Below, one piece after another: positions 34,410 through 34,447 of a DNA stretch of 34,447 nt; positions within the stretch are counted from its first letter, which is position 1, and each line of letters starts with the position of its first letter. The position numbers and the translations under genes were made by a program. A model generated the notes under the pieces. The model saw nothing but the letters and a program-made list of their open reading frames with translations. It was not told where the DNA came from and made no database searches. Source of the DNA: a virus (Duplodnaviria > Caudoviricetes); IMG/VR virus record IMGVR_UViG_3300022670_000478, positions 1-34,447 of that record; one strand, given 5' to 3'.

Positions 34410-34447
34410 TTATTATACCCTATTGACTATGAGGTCAAGAGAGTATA
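34410..34447. promoter_or_regulatory. Dyad-symmetric divergent promoter/operator element
   Basis: TATAC..T.TTGAC-N6-GTCAA.A..GTATA; minus strand has TTGACC and TATAAT; plus strand has TTGACT and TATA (cut off by the window end). Confidence 0.6.

Overview
About 34 kb of a tailed dsDNA phage or prophage of siphovirus type, probably infecting a Proteobacterium (GTA-like holin, tape-measure C-terminus and terminase hint at an alphaproteobacterial host; this is inference). No integrase, repressor, tRNA, rRNA or CRISPR array is visible. Layout: (+) 1-5405 replication/modification arm with a repeat-tailed protein, family B DNA polymerase, C5 DNA methyltransferase with a nested +1-frame gene, a stand-alone NAD-ligase Ia-like protein, an N6/N4 methyltransferase and a solo OmpR-type wHTH; (-) 5406-25802 complete morphogenesis and lysis operon read right to left (TerS, TerL, portal-gpF fusion, protease, HK97 capsid, decoration, neck, tail tube, chaperones, tape measure, distal tail, second tail-tube paralog, fibre, hub/tip, M15 endolysin, holin); 25803-26436 control region with five IHF-consensus sites; (+) 26437-28207 small early-type genes followed by a candidate sRNA; (-) 28295-34370 primase-polymerase/SF3 helicase, TetR-like protein, VRR-NUC nuclease and SF2 helicase. 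Best leads: (1) triple Phe-Asp peptides grafted into three tail proteins, matched by two putative trimeric fibre genes, suggesting a modular peptide-docking code; (2) a dual-frame, motif-permuted C5 methyltransferase; (3) the IHF array upstream of terS; (4) a promoter-hairpin-terminator sRNA unit. All family calls come from motif recognition only; no searches were run.
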